DNA of 64,000 nt from Styela clava (taxonomy: Eukaryota), in assembly GCF_964204865.1 (NCBI RefSeq), contig NC_135250.1, positions 4,030,001-4,094,000 on the forward strand. The letters run 5' to 3'. Each line of letters opens with the position of its first letter. The first letter of the stretch is position 1. A program made the translations under genes and the position numbers. Shown in pieces: positions 49,574-61,753 of the stretch. Under the pieces are notes generated by a model. That model saw only the letters and a list, made by a program, of their open reading frames with translations, had not been told where the DNA came from and made no database searches.

Positions 49574-50413
49574 CAGTGGTTCTTAAACTGGGTTCGATCG
49601 AACCCCTGGGGTTCGGTGGAGCTGTTCCAGAGGTGCGACGAAAGTGCTCTGAAACAGTTGCATATTATGAGACTTTTTTATCACCCTGCATACTAATTAT
49701 GCAAAAATAACTATAGTTCATGATGACTAATTACTAATGACTTGAACAATTGAATGAAACAATTAATTGGTGTTACCCTTATTGTATTCTACCGTACTAA
49801 TACAATTTAACTCAATTTTACGGATAAATCGAAGATAGGCAGTAATTGTACATGAATGAATGCAAAATCAGAGCGTGTTTGAATTTCACTAGGTGATAAA
49901 TTTGTGACAAGGAATAGTTTATCGCAGAGCTTTATCCGAAATTATTATGATCCATTCAGGACAACCTCGATATGGCGCCGAATTAATCCTATCTCTATTT
50001 CTGTAAAATAAAACAATTGGCAAACGATTTCATTCGCATTTCAGCGCAGTTTAAAGTTTGAGAACAAATTGCTTGAACTACCAACGTTTATGGAGTATAT
50101 TATCATCTTTCGGATTTTCAAAGTTATTTTTTATCAGTTTTCGCCGGTTCACCAGCATAACTTATACAACAAAAACCATCTGCTCTTTCTGCTGCCAACG
50201 CCATTGTGACAAAACAATGGTTATTCCCACATGGTTATTGATATCTAAGGTTTCATCACAATGTTCATATTCTATAACCTTGCAAGAATTAGCTACCGCT
50301 TCATAACGTTACGGTTTGGCTTCTAATTTCAACCGTTCAGTACGATGGGGTTCGGCGGGAGCTTGCAGAATAGCGCAGGGGTTCGGCAGGCTCACAAAGG
50401 TTAAGAACCACTG
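49574..50413. mobile_element. hAT (Charlie-like) non-autonomous element
   Basis: TIRs CAGTGGTTCTTAA / TTAAGAACCACTG; perfect TSD TCCTAGGC; subterminal GGGTTCG repeats. Confidence 0.85.
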
Positions 50414-51286
50414 TCCTAGGCAGTCAGTGATATTTGTAGCAAAGATGTATTACTTTTGGAAGGACTTGATTTTATTATATTTATCATGTTACTTTTAGAC
50501 GCAGCTCGATAACCAGTTTTGGTTTTCGGCATCTCCTTTCACCCTGGAATGCGATTTTTTTTTGTATTTTCTTTAATTTGTAAATGTATAATTCGTACTT
50601 TCAGCATGGTGATGGAATAAATTACTGATTGAAGTGGTTTGGCATTGCCTAGCCAACACATTACACTCTTGGTGAGAATGGCATTGAATCTGAGATCTTT
50701 GCTTTGTCGCTTCTCGATAACCATCTTTGGTTCCTCGCGACTTCCCTCATCCAGTAAAACTGTGATTTTCCTTTTTTTTTTCTTGTATTTTCTGTGTTCA
50801 ATTGTTATTTTTATTTATTTACTGGTTGGAAAAAATAAACTTGACTTGACTTGGTTTCGGTCCAAGGTTTTAATCATTTTTCCACTGTTTTTGACTGTTC
50901 ATTTTGATTTCTAATTTCCAGCTCGTTTTCTAGCAACTGCATTGGTCATATCTATTCCGAACTGCACAGTTTAGTTTACCGAAATTGAAACCATAAATTC
51001 CTCTCTCATTATGCTTATTCATATTTTAAACTGGGCGATGTAATTTGTTTTGGGTAAAAATTGTGCAGTCATCTCAGGGTATGCACATATACAAGTCTGT
51101 CTCGTGCCTGTTTATGAGTTTCATCGTATGTGAGAAAATATTATTCTTAATTGCTCCTTTTTCTTGTTGATGCAGCATGAATTGATTCATCAATCCAACA
51201 ATATACAGCTAATATTTATTATTACAAAATTTGTAGTGACTTTTTACAGAAGAACAAAATATAAAATTTAAAAGCTGGAAAATGAA

Positions 51287-54200
51287 TTAGAGCATGAATG
51301 GAATATCAAGATTCTTTTCTCCTGTTCCAACGTATACTCTGCCATATTTTCTTGAGTCTGGAACATGGTAGAACGTTTGTCCGAGCCACATCAGGCTACG
51401 TAAGCAGACCAGCCCACTTCCACGCTCAAATTTTAGGCTCCATGATCCTGGTGATATAAAAATAATAAATGTATTTTATATAATAAAATTGGGACTCGTG
51501 TAGTGTGTGTAACCTTTTTCTTTAAATTCTAACTCCCATACTCCCATAGTGTGTGTACCAGGTTAGGGTTAGGCCATGATTTTATTCCGATTTTCCTATT
51601 TCCCTATTTCAGTTCTATTACGAGTTCGGGGACGTTCTGTGTTAGCCAAGTGAATATACCCCCTGCAAATAGGTTCCAATCCCTTTACACATCTTGCTGC
51701 ATCCTCACTCCGAAGCAAAGGAGGCAAAAGCTACTGACTAGCAGTAGATACCAATTTGTTGACGAAGACTTGAGCAGGCCAGGTCGATATGACCAGAAAA
51801 ACAGTTATGAGGAACTCCAGATGAGGCGCTCTAAGAAATTTTGGGTTCTTTGGCAATTATTTGATATATTTATACGAAAGTGAAAAGTTGATAGAAAAGC
51901 GACTCAGATATGAATCGACAGATCTTGTTACTCATTAGTGATTGGGCCATGCCCCACCCCCATCTCTCGCTACTAGAAATGGTCATTATAACGACGAGGC
52001 CATGGCGTTACAGTCCTGAGTTTCTCAGTGCGTTGCTAAATTTAGCTTACTATTCAATCTACTTTGGTGATGAGTGACTAGAGTTTCGTATTTCTGACTT
52101 TTTAACCTATATATGTACCTCTTGGTATGTCCTCTTCAATGCAGTCTAAGAAATCAATGGAAGGATCCAAATCTGCCTTTTCCTTGATAGTTTTCTTTGT
52201 GTGGTATTGCCCTTCACGAAAATGCATATATGATGACAGTTTCCCTGCTTCAGTCACTGAAAGACCTGCAGTAAGAAATAAAGTGTAAAATGAAATGTAT
52301 TCTTTAAGGAGCCACAAGATCGAAAAATTACTCAGTATTGTATTTTATATCTTGGTTATTAAAAATTTGCAGGAAATATGTTATATCTTTGGTCATATCT
52401 GCAAATAACACTTTCTATAAATCCGCATTTCATTAAATTATTTGAAATAATAGAATTTTATTTATCTGAATTGGTTTGATTTCTGTAGATAACCATAGAT
52501 AGGAAAACAGTAAGCCTACTGGAAAGTTGGTCCATAGTATTATATGTGATGGCAAGTTTAAGTGTTGGATAGCAGTTCTTGAACCCTGCGTCACAAGTCA
52601 TGCAATCCTCAAGTCTAAGTCGATCCGAATCATTGAGCTAAATGGCAGTTATTCACGCCATCCCACATGGACTCGAGCAACTCCCAGCACTGGCTACAAT
52701 TACGCTATTCCATGAATAAGCTATTTCAGAGTGATACCGACCTTCAAAACTTCTGTTTGTGTGAACTTCACCAAGAGGAGTCCTAACAAAAGCACCTCGA
52801 GGTACAATTGCTGCATCTTCATCTATTGATGAAATCACTGCTGCAAGACGATCCTCTTCTTTCAAATGAATCTAGAATTTCAGATGAAGAAAATCTTAAT
52901 TAACATTTACCTAGTATTTTCCAAGAGATTGAAGATTTGAAACTCTGAAAATTTTAAAAGGATTTGTATAATACCAATCAAAATTACTTGGTAAATACAT
53001 TGAATTTAGCTCTTACGAAATGAAAATATGTTAACAACTTGAGGATATCAATACAAAAAATGATGTGCCAAATACTGCAAAATTTTCAAGAAAAGGATGC
53101 AAGAAAAATATAGAAGGTTATTAAAAATTAACAAATCTCTTCTATACTGCATGAATACTACTGCAATAAAATGTTTCTAAATTTGATAACCATATATCCA
53201 ATATCTCAACACATGGAGACCTGATATTATTAACATCATATCAGTAAATATGAAGTTCCACATATCTCTTCATAAGTTGAGTCATGGGTTATGGCCTCAC
53301 ACACCATCCAAGTTGAGTCAAGTCTCACTGGCGGTTAACGGGTGGCAAGTCCAAGAAATTCTTTTTCAATGGCTCGGGTCCCTTCTATTCTTTGATTATT
53401 GGTGAATTAGTCTATCTCAGTATTTCCCAACCTTTTATGGCTCGTGGTAGATTCCAAATCTCATTATGTTCAAACAATTAATGCTCAACTAAGTAAAAAT
53501 ATGTTGTGAAATAACCTTATCAAGCTATAAAACTAGAAGGTACGAGAGGTTTTTGTAAAGTAAAATTAGTTTTGCGCCTAACATTGTGAACCCCCTCCAA
53601 CTTCTCTGTGGCCCCTTTGGTGGGCCATGGCCCCCATTTGAGAACCAATCGTCTATCAAGTCGATTCATCGACTCAAGCTTCCTCAACACCAACATAAGT
53701 ATCTAAGAACTCACTGTAACTTCTTCCTCTGTAAAGTCCTCTCCATCTCCAACTCTTTTCACTTCTGTATGTTCATATTCATAAGACGGATCTCCCTGGA
53801 ATCTTCCATGAATTATCTTTGAATTTGTCATTGCTGTTTCACTCGCTGGAGGAAGTAGATGCCATTCAACACAATTTAAGCTGGAATATAATGTTATTTG
53901 TAATATAATAGTGTGTTTGATGACTTAGTGGTTAAAGTTATGGACTTAATTGTTGGCTTTGCAGGTTGGACATCTCGGGTTCAAATCTCACGTCCACCAA
54001 GAAAATCTGGGTGTAATAATTTGATTAGAAAATGACGGGTCTTACTACTTACTGAATACAGCGCGAAACACCGCAAAGAGCGCGAAACAGCGCAAAACAG
54101 AAGGAAACCAGCGCAAAACAGAGGGAAACCGCGGAAAACAGGAGACGCAGTCATTACCACCGCCTGCCACGAAAGAACCACTGCGCCTCTCGCCATGGTT

Positions 54201-55204
54201 TTATGGCGCTATTTCCGGTATATTTACAAGATTATGTACCGGATTATAGGTCATCATGCGAAATTTTATCTACCTTTTTGGTGCTCCAGAAGTATGTGCA
54301 GCAATATGTCGCACAACCTGAATCCGCTACACACATACTATTTTCAGGTTGTGCGCCATCTTGGTGCACATACTTCTGGAGGTCCCTTTTTACCTAACCC
54401 TAACCCTAAAGCCAACCATATCCATATGGAAAGTGTTCTAAATTATGGTACCCAAAATGTGTCACCAGCAGGGGCAGACCTGCCATTACAGCATTACTGG
54501 CTACATACGTTGGTTTGTGTTTTTAATTTGCTGCCGTGGTACTCCAACTCAAAACAAATTGCCCCGAACTCATTGCAAAATTTTTTTCTGCTTCACACTG
54601 TTTCCCTCTATTTTGCGCTCTTTCGCGCTGTTTCCCCACTGTTTTGCGTTGTTTCCCTCTGTTTTGCGGTGTTTCGCGCTGTATTCAGTAAGTAGTAAGA
54701 CCGGAAAATGACACACCAAAAATATTTCAACCTTCCGATAGCTTTTTACAAGAACTGAAAGAAGTTACTGCTCAGACAGAGCCTTGTTCAGAATGAACAA
54801 CAAATAAATAAATTGCACTGGACCCCCAAAATAAAATGACATTTCCTAAACGAGCACAAAAGTAAGATCACCTCTGCTTTTATCAAAATCGGGTTACAAA
54901 TGCAAAATGAGTTTACAAAAATCTTTAAAATATGTAAGTGAATAACTGAACATGATAATATTAATTTGAAAAAATACCTGTAAAGTGTTTTTCTGTTCGA
55001 TAATTCATTTCTTCCAGCTCCTTGAGCGATAAAATAATCGTCTTTTATTCCCAAAATCTTTCCCCAGAACCAAACTTTGTGAAATTTATAATTTGTTCTT
55101 AAAATCACCATAGATGTTTCAAGAGCCGCTTTCTGTTCAGCACTGAGTACTATCCCGCTACTGGAAATATAATTCATTGAAAGATGAAGTCCTTCGGCGT
55201 CCAT
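51287..55204 (-). CDS. RSPH9: Radial spoke head protein 9 homolog, 5 exons, 276 aa
   Basis: Exons 55204-54978, 53880-53715, 52871-52742, 52265-52119, 51447-51287 (831 nt, open). Motifs FWGKILGIKDDYFIAQG, GRFQGDPSYEYEH, KEEDRLAAVI, IVPRGAF, NRSFEGLS, DIPRGSWSL, LRSLMWLG, YVGTGEKNLDIPFML. Confidence 0.95.
54037..54703. mobile_element. MULE/Foldback-like element with repetitive TIRs in RSPH9 intron 1
   Basis: About 100-bp TIRs starting GGGTCTTACTACTTACTGAATACAGCGCGAAAC and built from CAGCGC(A/G)AAA modules; perfect 9-bp TSD GAAAATGAC; nested short Merlin-like MITE at 54280-54385. Confidence 0.85.
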
Positions 55205-55291
55205 ATTTATTTTACTCTGACAAGGAAAGATGAAGAGCGAACCGTATGTAAAAGCAGCGAACTTCCAACTGAAAGTAAAATGGATGGATCT

Positions 55292-55305
55292 GTTGCCATG
55301 GCAAA
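55292..55305. promoter_or_regulatory. RFX X-box in the RSPH9/RPUSD2 divergent promoter
   Basis: GTTGCCATGGCAAA is 13/14 identical to the palindromic X-box GTTGCCATGGCAAC and lies 88 bp upstream of the ATG of a motile-cilia gene. Confidence 0.75.
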
Positions 55306-55586
55306 GGTTCCGGTCCGGCAATTCAACCTTTGACTTTAAAATATTACGTCATTATAACATAGAAAATGATATATTTTGCGCCGTTTTTGACAAATATCAC
55401 AATGTAAGTTGAAAAATATACCAATTTATTTATTAATTGCATATTTAATAATAACACATTCATACTATACTCATAAGAATGTCTCATTGCTATACCGCAG
55501 CCGCATGTGGCACATCTGCCCCACAGTGAGTGTGAATGCAAGCTGTAGTTATTGCACGAGACGACATTCGCTCTTTGCATCGTCAA

Positions 55587-58500
55587 ATGAAATTCTTTTC
55601 GCGTGAAATCTTTCGCCAAAGTCGGAAGTTATTGGAATTTAATATATCTAGAGAAAAAGAATACAGAAGAAGCCCGTTTCGTTTGTGGGCGAGTCTAATA
55701 AAAACAAGGAATATATCGCAAATTAACCGCCCCAGGTTTCGTACATTTCATATTCGCACCATGAGTTCGGGTGTTGCGTCGACAGTACAAAAAGATGATG
55801 AAAATAGCTTGCAAACTGAAAATAGTGACATCAACGATAAGCAATTGAATATTCCAGATGACAACTTGGAGGCGAAAAAGGACGATCAGGCGTCTGCCAC
55901 ATCTTCAAAAAATACAGACATTTCCAAAACCAAACCTAAGTATGAAAATGCTCGTAAGCGCAAGGCAAAACGCAGTGCTTCACAAAAACAATTACATATG
56001 ACCTATAAACGTCAAAAAGTCACAATGGAAGACTCCATGACTGAAACAAAATATTATTTTGAAAATGGATTCCGAAAAGTTGTGCCATATGATCATAAGT
56101 ATGATACGTTTTGTAAAGGTAAGTTAGTTGGACCTTTTCTTTTCTGTCTTTGTTGTAGATTTTTAATGGTTTACCTACCATGTTTCCCCGAAAATAAGAC
56201 CCTGCCTGAATTTTATGAATGATGTTAATATAAGCGATTAAAAATTTTTTTGGACTTAATCGTTAGCAACAATTAATCTAATATGTGTGAAAGAGGAAAA
56301 CGTGTTAGTTATAAGTAAATGGATATCGATTTTCATATTTTGTAATTCTCTACTTTATAATTTTGTTTTTGATAAATGAAAAAAAAGACATCTCGCGAAA
56401 ATAAGCCCTAGTGTTATTCTTAGAAAGAAAATTGAAATAAGACCCAGTCTTATTTTCGGGGAATTTTGTTTGTTAAAGTTCAATAATTTCTGAATTCACC
56501 TGTAACGATAATTCTCATTTTGAGTACTCCAGTATCTGATGCTCATAACAAAATGTAGACTGACTTATATTCTGACTGTTTAAAAATAAAGAATGTTGCT
56601 TATTACAACTTTTCTGCATTACCAAATCCATTTTTTATAAATTTGTATGAATTTATGCGTGGATAAAACGTCCCCATTTAGAAAATATTTATGAGGATAA
56701 TTATTCTAAAAAATAAGGCGCTGGCGTTGTTAATATTCTGAAAGATCTTTTATTTTTCCAGGTAGATGGGAAGGAAAATCGCTGAGAGAAATCTACACAT
56801 CAGAATTTCGTTTACATCCTGTTCAATTTTATGAAAAGTCTATAGAAGAGAAAAGACTTATGGTTAATTTGGAACCTATTGAAAGCCTGGATCATGTACT
56901 GAAGAGCAATGATCTTCTAACGAGTGTGTGAGTTTGATATGGCGGTTTATTAGTATTTGAAAATAGTGTTTGATGTAGTCCTCATATGCCAAGTCCAATT
57001 GAGTCACAGGTCCTAAAAATTATAGCTTTTTGCATGGTGATAGCTTCTTCTGCAGAGCCCTCATTCAGAGTGATGATGTAAAAAAGCCTCTTACTGCCTG
57101 GAACAGAGGTGTGCAACAGGTGGCCAGCGGGCCACAATCCGTTCTGCCATGCCATTTAGTGTGGCCCTTCACCATGCAAGCATAAAATCCTAATTCGACA
57201 GTTGGTGTTTAAAAAGGCGCTCACATGGATAAAAATACATCATGATATTTTGCTCTAGTCGCTGCTTCAAACCTTTACCGTTTTACCCGTTGCCTTTATC
57301 ACTGTAAGCGATAGCCTCATTCTCTTGTTCTTCTCGCTAAATTTTTGGTGCTCCCGTAGTATGTGAACCTAGATGGCGGTCAACGGCACGTAGTATGTTT
57401 ACCAGGTTAGGCCATAATTTTATTCCAACATTCCCTATTTTAGTCCTACTACGAGTTTGGGGACTAGCCAGCCAACTGACTTCTGTAGTATTTGTACCTA
57501 AAATTATGGCCTAACCCTAACCTGATACACATACTACATTCCGGTATCTGCCATCTTGGTTCACATACTACGAAGGTACCAAATTTTTTTGTGTGGCCGC
57601 GCTAGATGTCTGAAGTTGATTATATGGCCCCATGAAAAAAAATGATGCACACCCCTGGATTAGAAAGTATATAATTAATAAAAGTGTGTTTAAAAATCTA
57701 TTTTATTAATTTCAGAGTTCACAGACATGAATGTCCGGTCACTGACGCAAAGTTTGAAATAATTTTAGAAGATTCAGAATGGTTTGTCATTAACAAACCT
57801 TGTAGTATCCCGATACATCCTGCTGGAAGGTTCCGGTACAATTCAATCATATCCATATTAGCGAAGGTAAGTTACGCCGAATTTTTCGAATGATAATGGC
57901 ACTATCTTATAAAATAAGAGAGCAATGCTTAAATATTATAGCCTTGAACAGGGTTGCACACAGGTTTTGGACCAGGGGCCAAAAATTGCTGGTGGGCCAG
58001 ATTAAACTACGCAGAGGGCCAGATTTGGCCCACGAGTCGTAGTTTGCCCATGTCTGGTCTTGAAGGTCAAATAAAAGTGTTCCCATATATGTGTTATAAA
58101 AAGTGTTTCCTTTGAGAACATCAAAATTTTGCGTCAAATATCACTCTCATAGAACTTGGTAGACAATTAAAAAAAGCACACGAGTGTAAGCTTACTAATG
58201 ACTTCTTTTATTGCTATTGCTTATTTGACGCTGCTCGATACCCATGGCTGGTTTATCATGTCTCCCTTCACGCTGAAATACATTGTTTTTATTTTAACTT
58301 ACTGTCCGTATATTTTCAGATTTTCGGTATGGGAAAAAATAAACTACTGACTATTGAAAGGAAATTTGAAATTGATCAGCCCGCTAGCTTTCACAATGAA
58401 CCTTTTATAGGATGTTACGAATGCCATTTTAAACAAATTTGGTATATTTTAAAATTCAAATAGAAACAAATGCACAAAATTTAAAAAAAAAATATTAAAG

Positions 58501-61105
58501 ATGTATAATTGTTTTCATTTTTCTGATATCCCAACCCTTCTTTGCAATCCCAAAATTCTTTTTCTTCCCTTTCAGGAGTACAATATGAAAAAGTTATTCA
58601 GTATTCATAGAATTGATAGGATGACGTCTGGATTACTATTATTTGCTAAAACTCAACAACTTGCTCACAAACTGCATGACCAGTTTAAACAAAGAAAGGT
58701 AACAACTTTTTTTAATATCAATGGAAGTACTGGGAAAGGTCGTTATTTGGCCTACTGCTTACCTTGGGCACAATTGTTCAACCCCTACTCTGGGTTTAAA
58801 ACAATTTTTTACGGAAGGATGGACTTCCTATTCATTCTAACTTTTCTTTTGTAGAATGCGCTATTGCATCTCTCTTGCCCCATAGAGTGGTTCGATGTTG
58901 TCTATTTTGAGAATCACTGCACCGTACGATAATCAGTTCTTTACACTTTGCCAAAATACAAAAAGACGTACTCTACTAATGAAAACTTCTAACTAATCTA
59001 ATTGTTTTAGGTGCAAAAAGAATATGTCTGTCATGTAGTCGGTGATTTCTCCAAGTTCAAATTACCTCCCAAAAACGATCATCGAATTAAAGTTGAAAAT
59101 AACATTGTTACAATCAGTGAACCTATAAAACTATTCGACCCAAAAATTGGAACCTCAGTGGTGAGCCGCGGAAGCCAAGCTAAAGAATGTGTGACTGACA
59201 TCGAATGCCTTCATACGGATGGAAAAACGAGTTTACTCAGTTGTAAACCAAAAACCGGTAACTTTTATATAAAAAAAATTCGTTGTGGACGCCTAGAGCA
59301 AACTCCATTATCCTCAACATGAAAAGTGGATTGGGTAGCATACTTATGCAAAGTGACCAAAATAACAGAGCCCAAAACCTCCATTGAATTTATTTTAATA
59401 AAAAATGCAATTTCACAATCAGGATTGGAAAACTGTGTCTAACTCTAATATCGATCAAAACATGCCAAGCTAAGACTTCACAGCAATATTACTGAATTTG
59501 CATTTTTACCAGGCATGCACCAATGTTAATTTGATTTATTTGTATTGCAGGCAGAACACATCAAATCAGGGTACATTTACAATATCTTGGCTACCCGATA
59601 TCGAATGATCAAATTTATAACAGTCCTGCATGGGGAGATGAGCGTTTCACGCTCGGCCCGATCAATAAAAATTTAGGTGAAGTGAAAACAGAATTATCAG
59701 AAAGAAAAAAATGGCTTGTTTTAATGTCAAGTGTTCATAAGACTATGGCTGAAGACGAAAAATTAAAATCAGGAAGAAAGAATCCAGCGAAAAATGATAA
59801 AGTAAGTTGACAAAAACTAGCAACAGAATTTTTTTTATGTGACGCTCATTGATGTATTATGCTCTAAACAAGGCAGGTACAAACCGTGTCCGGAAAATTT
59901 GGTGCAAGAGCACTTTTCTGTAAAACTAGTATTTGGGTGCTCCCGAAGTATGCGAACCAAGATGGCGGACATTGGAACGTAACAGGTTAGGGTTAGGCGA
60001 TAATTTTTTTCCAATTTTCCTTATTTTAGTCCTATTATCAGTTCGAAGACTAGCCAAGAGCCTCCCGTAGTATTTATAGCTAAAATTATGGCCTAACCCT
60101 AACCTAGTACACATATTACATTCCGATGTCCGCCATCTTGGTTCGCATACTTCGGGAGCCCCAGTATTTGTGATAAAACAGTTAGGTTTATAGGGTTAGG
60201 TAGGGTATGCTCGTATGCTGTGTGGCGAAATTTTCCTTGGTGAATTTTCCTAGAACCGGTACAAACAGTCAATCAGCTACGATCTATAAAAGCTGTCAAC
60301 TAATTGCGGCATCATTATTCGCTTTTGATTATCTTTGTGTGGTTCACTTTATAACTAGGGTTTCGATGGCATAGCAGTTGAAGTGTTGGCGTACATCTCT
60401 GGCTCAATCCCATGAGAGTGTAATAAATTGGGCAATGCCGAAGCGAAAAATATTCTTGGTCTCTTTACACAAAATATCTCTTTACATATTTATGAAATTC
60501 AGGTATGAATCAAACAACACAGGGATGTTTTGTCTTCCAAGCAGTAGTCTATATAGTTCCAGTGATCGAAAATTTGAAATATAATCAAATCAAAATTAGT
60601 TTAAAAACCTACTATAAACGGAGCTTGAAATTGTCTGTTCTACGACTTTTTGATGTGATTTGTACTATTTATCTATCTCTAGCTGTGTTAGTTGGGTACG
60701 GTACTCGCCGTCAATATTGGCATTTTCAAAGTTCTAAACTTTCAAACCAGATATAAGAATCATTGGTGTTGCTGCTCGATAGCCAGATTTAGTTTCCTTT
60801 CCCGAGTAAAACTGTTCTTTTTATCATATTCTGCATTCGAGTGATTTTTTTACTGATTAAAAAAATAAACTTTAACGTTACAGGATCCAACAACAGCAAG
60901 CTTAATCCAGCAGAAAAAATTCGAAGATGAGGGATTTGTACCTTACAAAGCTGATTGTGAGGAATGTATATACCCATTACCTGATCCTAGTCCAGAAAAC
61001 ATGGTCATGTTTCTACATGCTTACAAGTATGAAGGCCCAAACTGGAGTTTTGAAACTAAACTTCCCGAATGGGCCGCATCCCGCTTGCAGGCGAAGACTA
61101 AATGA
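55587..61105 (+). CDS. RPUSD2: RluA-family pseudouridine synthase RPUSD2-like, 7 exons; start uncertain (55536, 55587 or 55761)
   Basis: Exons ..-56118, 56762-56927, 57716-57866, 58576-58698, 59011-59257, 59551-59801, 60884-61105 join in frame. Motifs [46 protein letters not shown], catalytic [56 protein letters not shown]. Confidence 0.92.
56176..56463. mobile_element. Tc1/mariner (pogo/Tc2-like) MITE
   Basis: TA-CCATGTTTCCCCGAAAATAAGAC .. GTCTTATTTTCGGGGAA with internal AAATAAG(A/C)CC repeats. Confidence 0.65.
57347..57580. mobile_element. Merlin-like MITE, long subfamily, nested in an older hAT-like MITE (about 57104-57657)
   Basis: GGTGCTCC..GGTACC ends; TSD AAATTTTT on both sides. Confidence 0.8.
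57949..58056. mobile_element. Short hAT-type MITE
   Basis: CAG..CTG ends, GGGCC motifs, TSD GCCTTGAA / GTCTTGAA. Confidence 0.6.
59885..60258. mobile_element. Unclassified MITE with 8-bp TSD hosting a nested Merlin-like MITE
   Basis: TSD GTACAAAC on both sides; imperfect ends CGTGTCCGGAAAATT / AATTTTCCTAGAACCG; has its own GTTAGG motifs. Confidence 0.6.
59936..60162. mobile_element. Merlin-like MITE, long subfamily
   Basis: GGTGCTCC..GGAGCCCC ends; perfect TSD AGTATTTG. Confidence 0.85.
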
Positions 61106-61537
61106 TCTTGCCACTATGCCTCTGTTTGAAGATATGACAGAGTCAAAAGCCTGTTTGTGGGTGCAATGATCTGATGCAGTGATTCTCATACGATGGGGCA
61201 CGCACTAGGGTGGCTAAGGCAATCTTTAAAGGGAGGGAGGAAGCTAATTTAAAATATTTGTTAGATTTGATCCTGCCTGCCTTATTTTGGTTATTTACCT
61301 CCCATTCACGTAATTACAACGTGTTTTTGAATAAAACATACTTTACTATCTGTTATTTGTAGCTTATTGTTAGCTAGTTATCTTTTGAGATGGAGACCGA
61401 GACTTGGCAAATTCTAAAAACGGGGCGCGGCTTAAAAAGTTCAAGAACCACTGGTCTAGTTTTTAATGTGTTGGACTTGGTTATGATCGTGTCATGGATT
61501 AAAAACTCCCTATGTCACCCTGGATGTAATAAAATGG

Positions 61538-61753
61538 GGTACTCCAAAGTATGTGAACCAAGATGGCAGACACAGGAACGTAGTATGTGCACCAGTTCAG
61601 GGTTGAGCCATAATTTTATTCCAATTTTCCTTATTTTAGTTTCATTACGAGTTCGGGGACTCCTGTAGTATTTGTACCTGAAATTATAGCCTAACCTGGT
61701 ACACATACTACATTCCAGTGTCTGCCAACTTGGTTCACATACTTTGGAGTACC
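61538..61753. mobile_element. Merlin-like MITE, long subfamily
   Basis: GGTACTCC..GGAGTACC near-perfect TIRs; perfect TSD TAAAATGG. Confidence 0.85.

Noticed and set aside
53918-53992. tRNA-like A-box (TGACTTAGTGG) and B-box (GGTTCAAATCT)
   Set aside because: No convincing cloverleaf or acceptor stem; more likely a decayed SINE head than a tRNA gene.
54394-54410. CCTAACCCTAACCCTAA as a telomere or chromosome-fusion relic
   Set aside because: Only 2-3 units and always embedded in transposon interiors.
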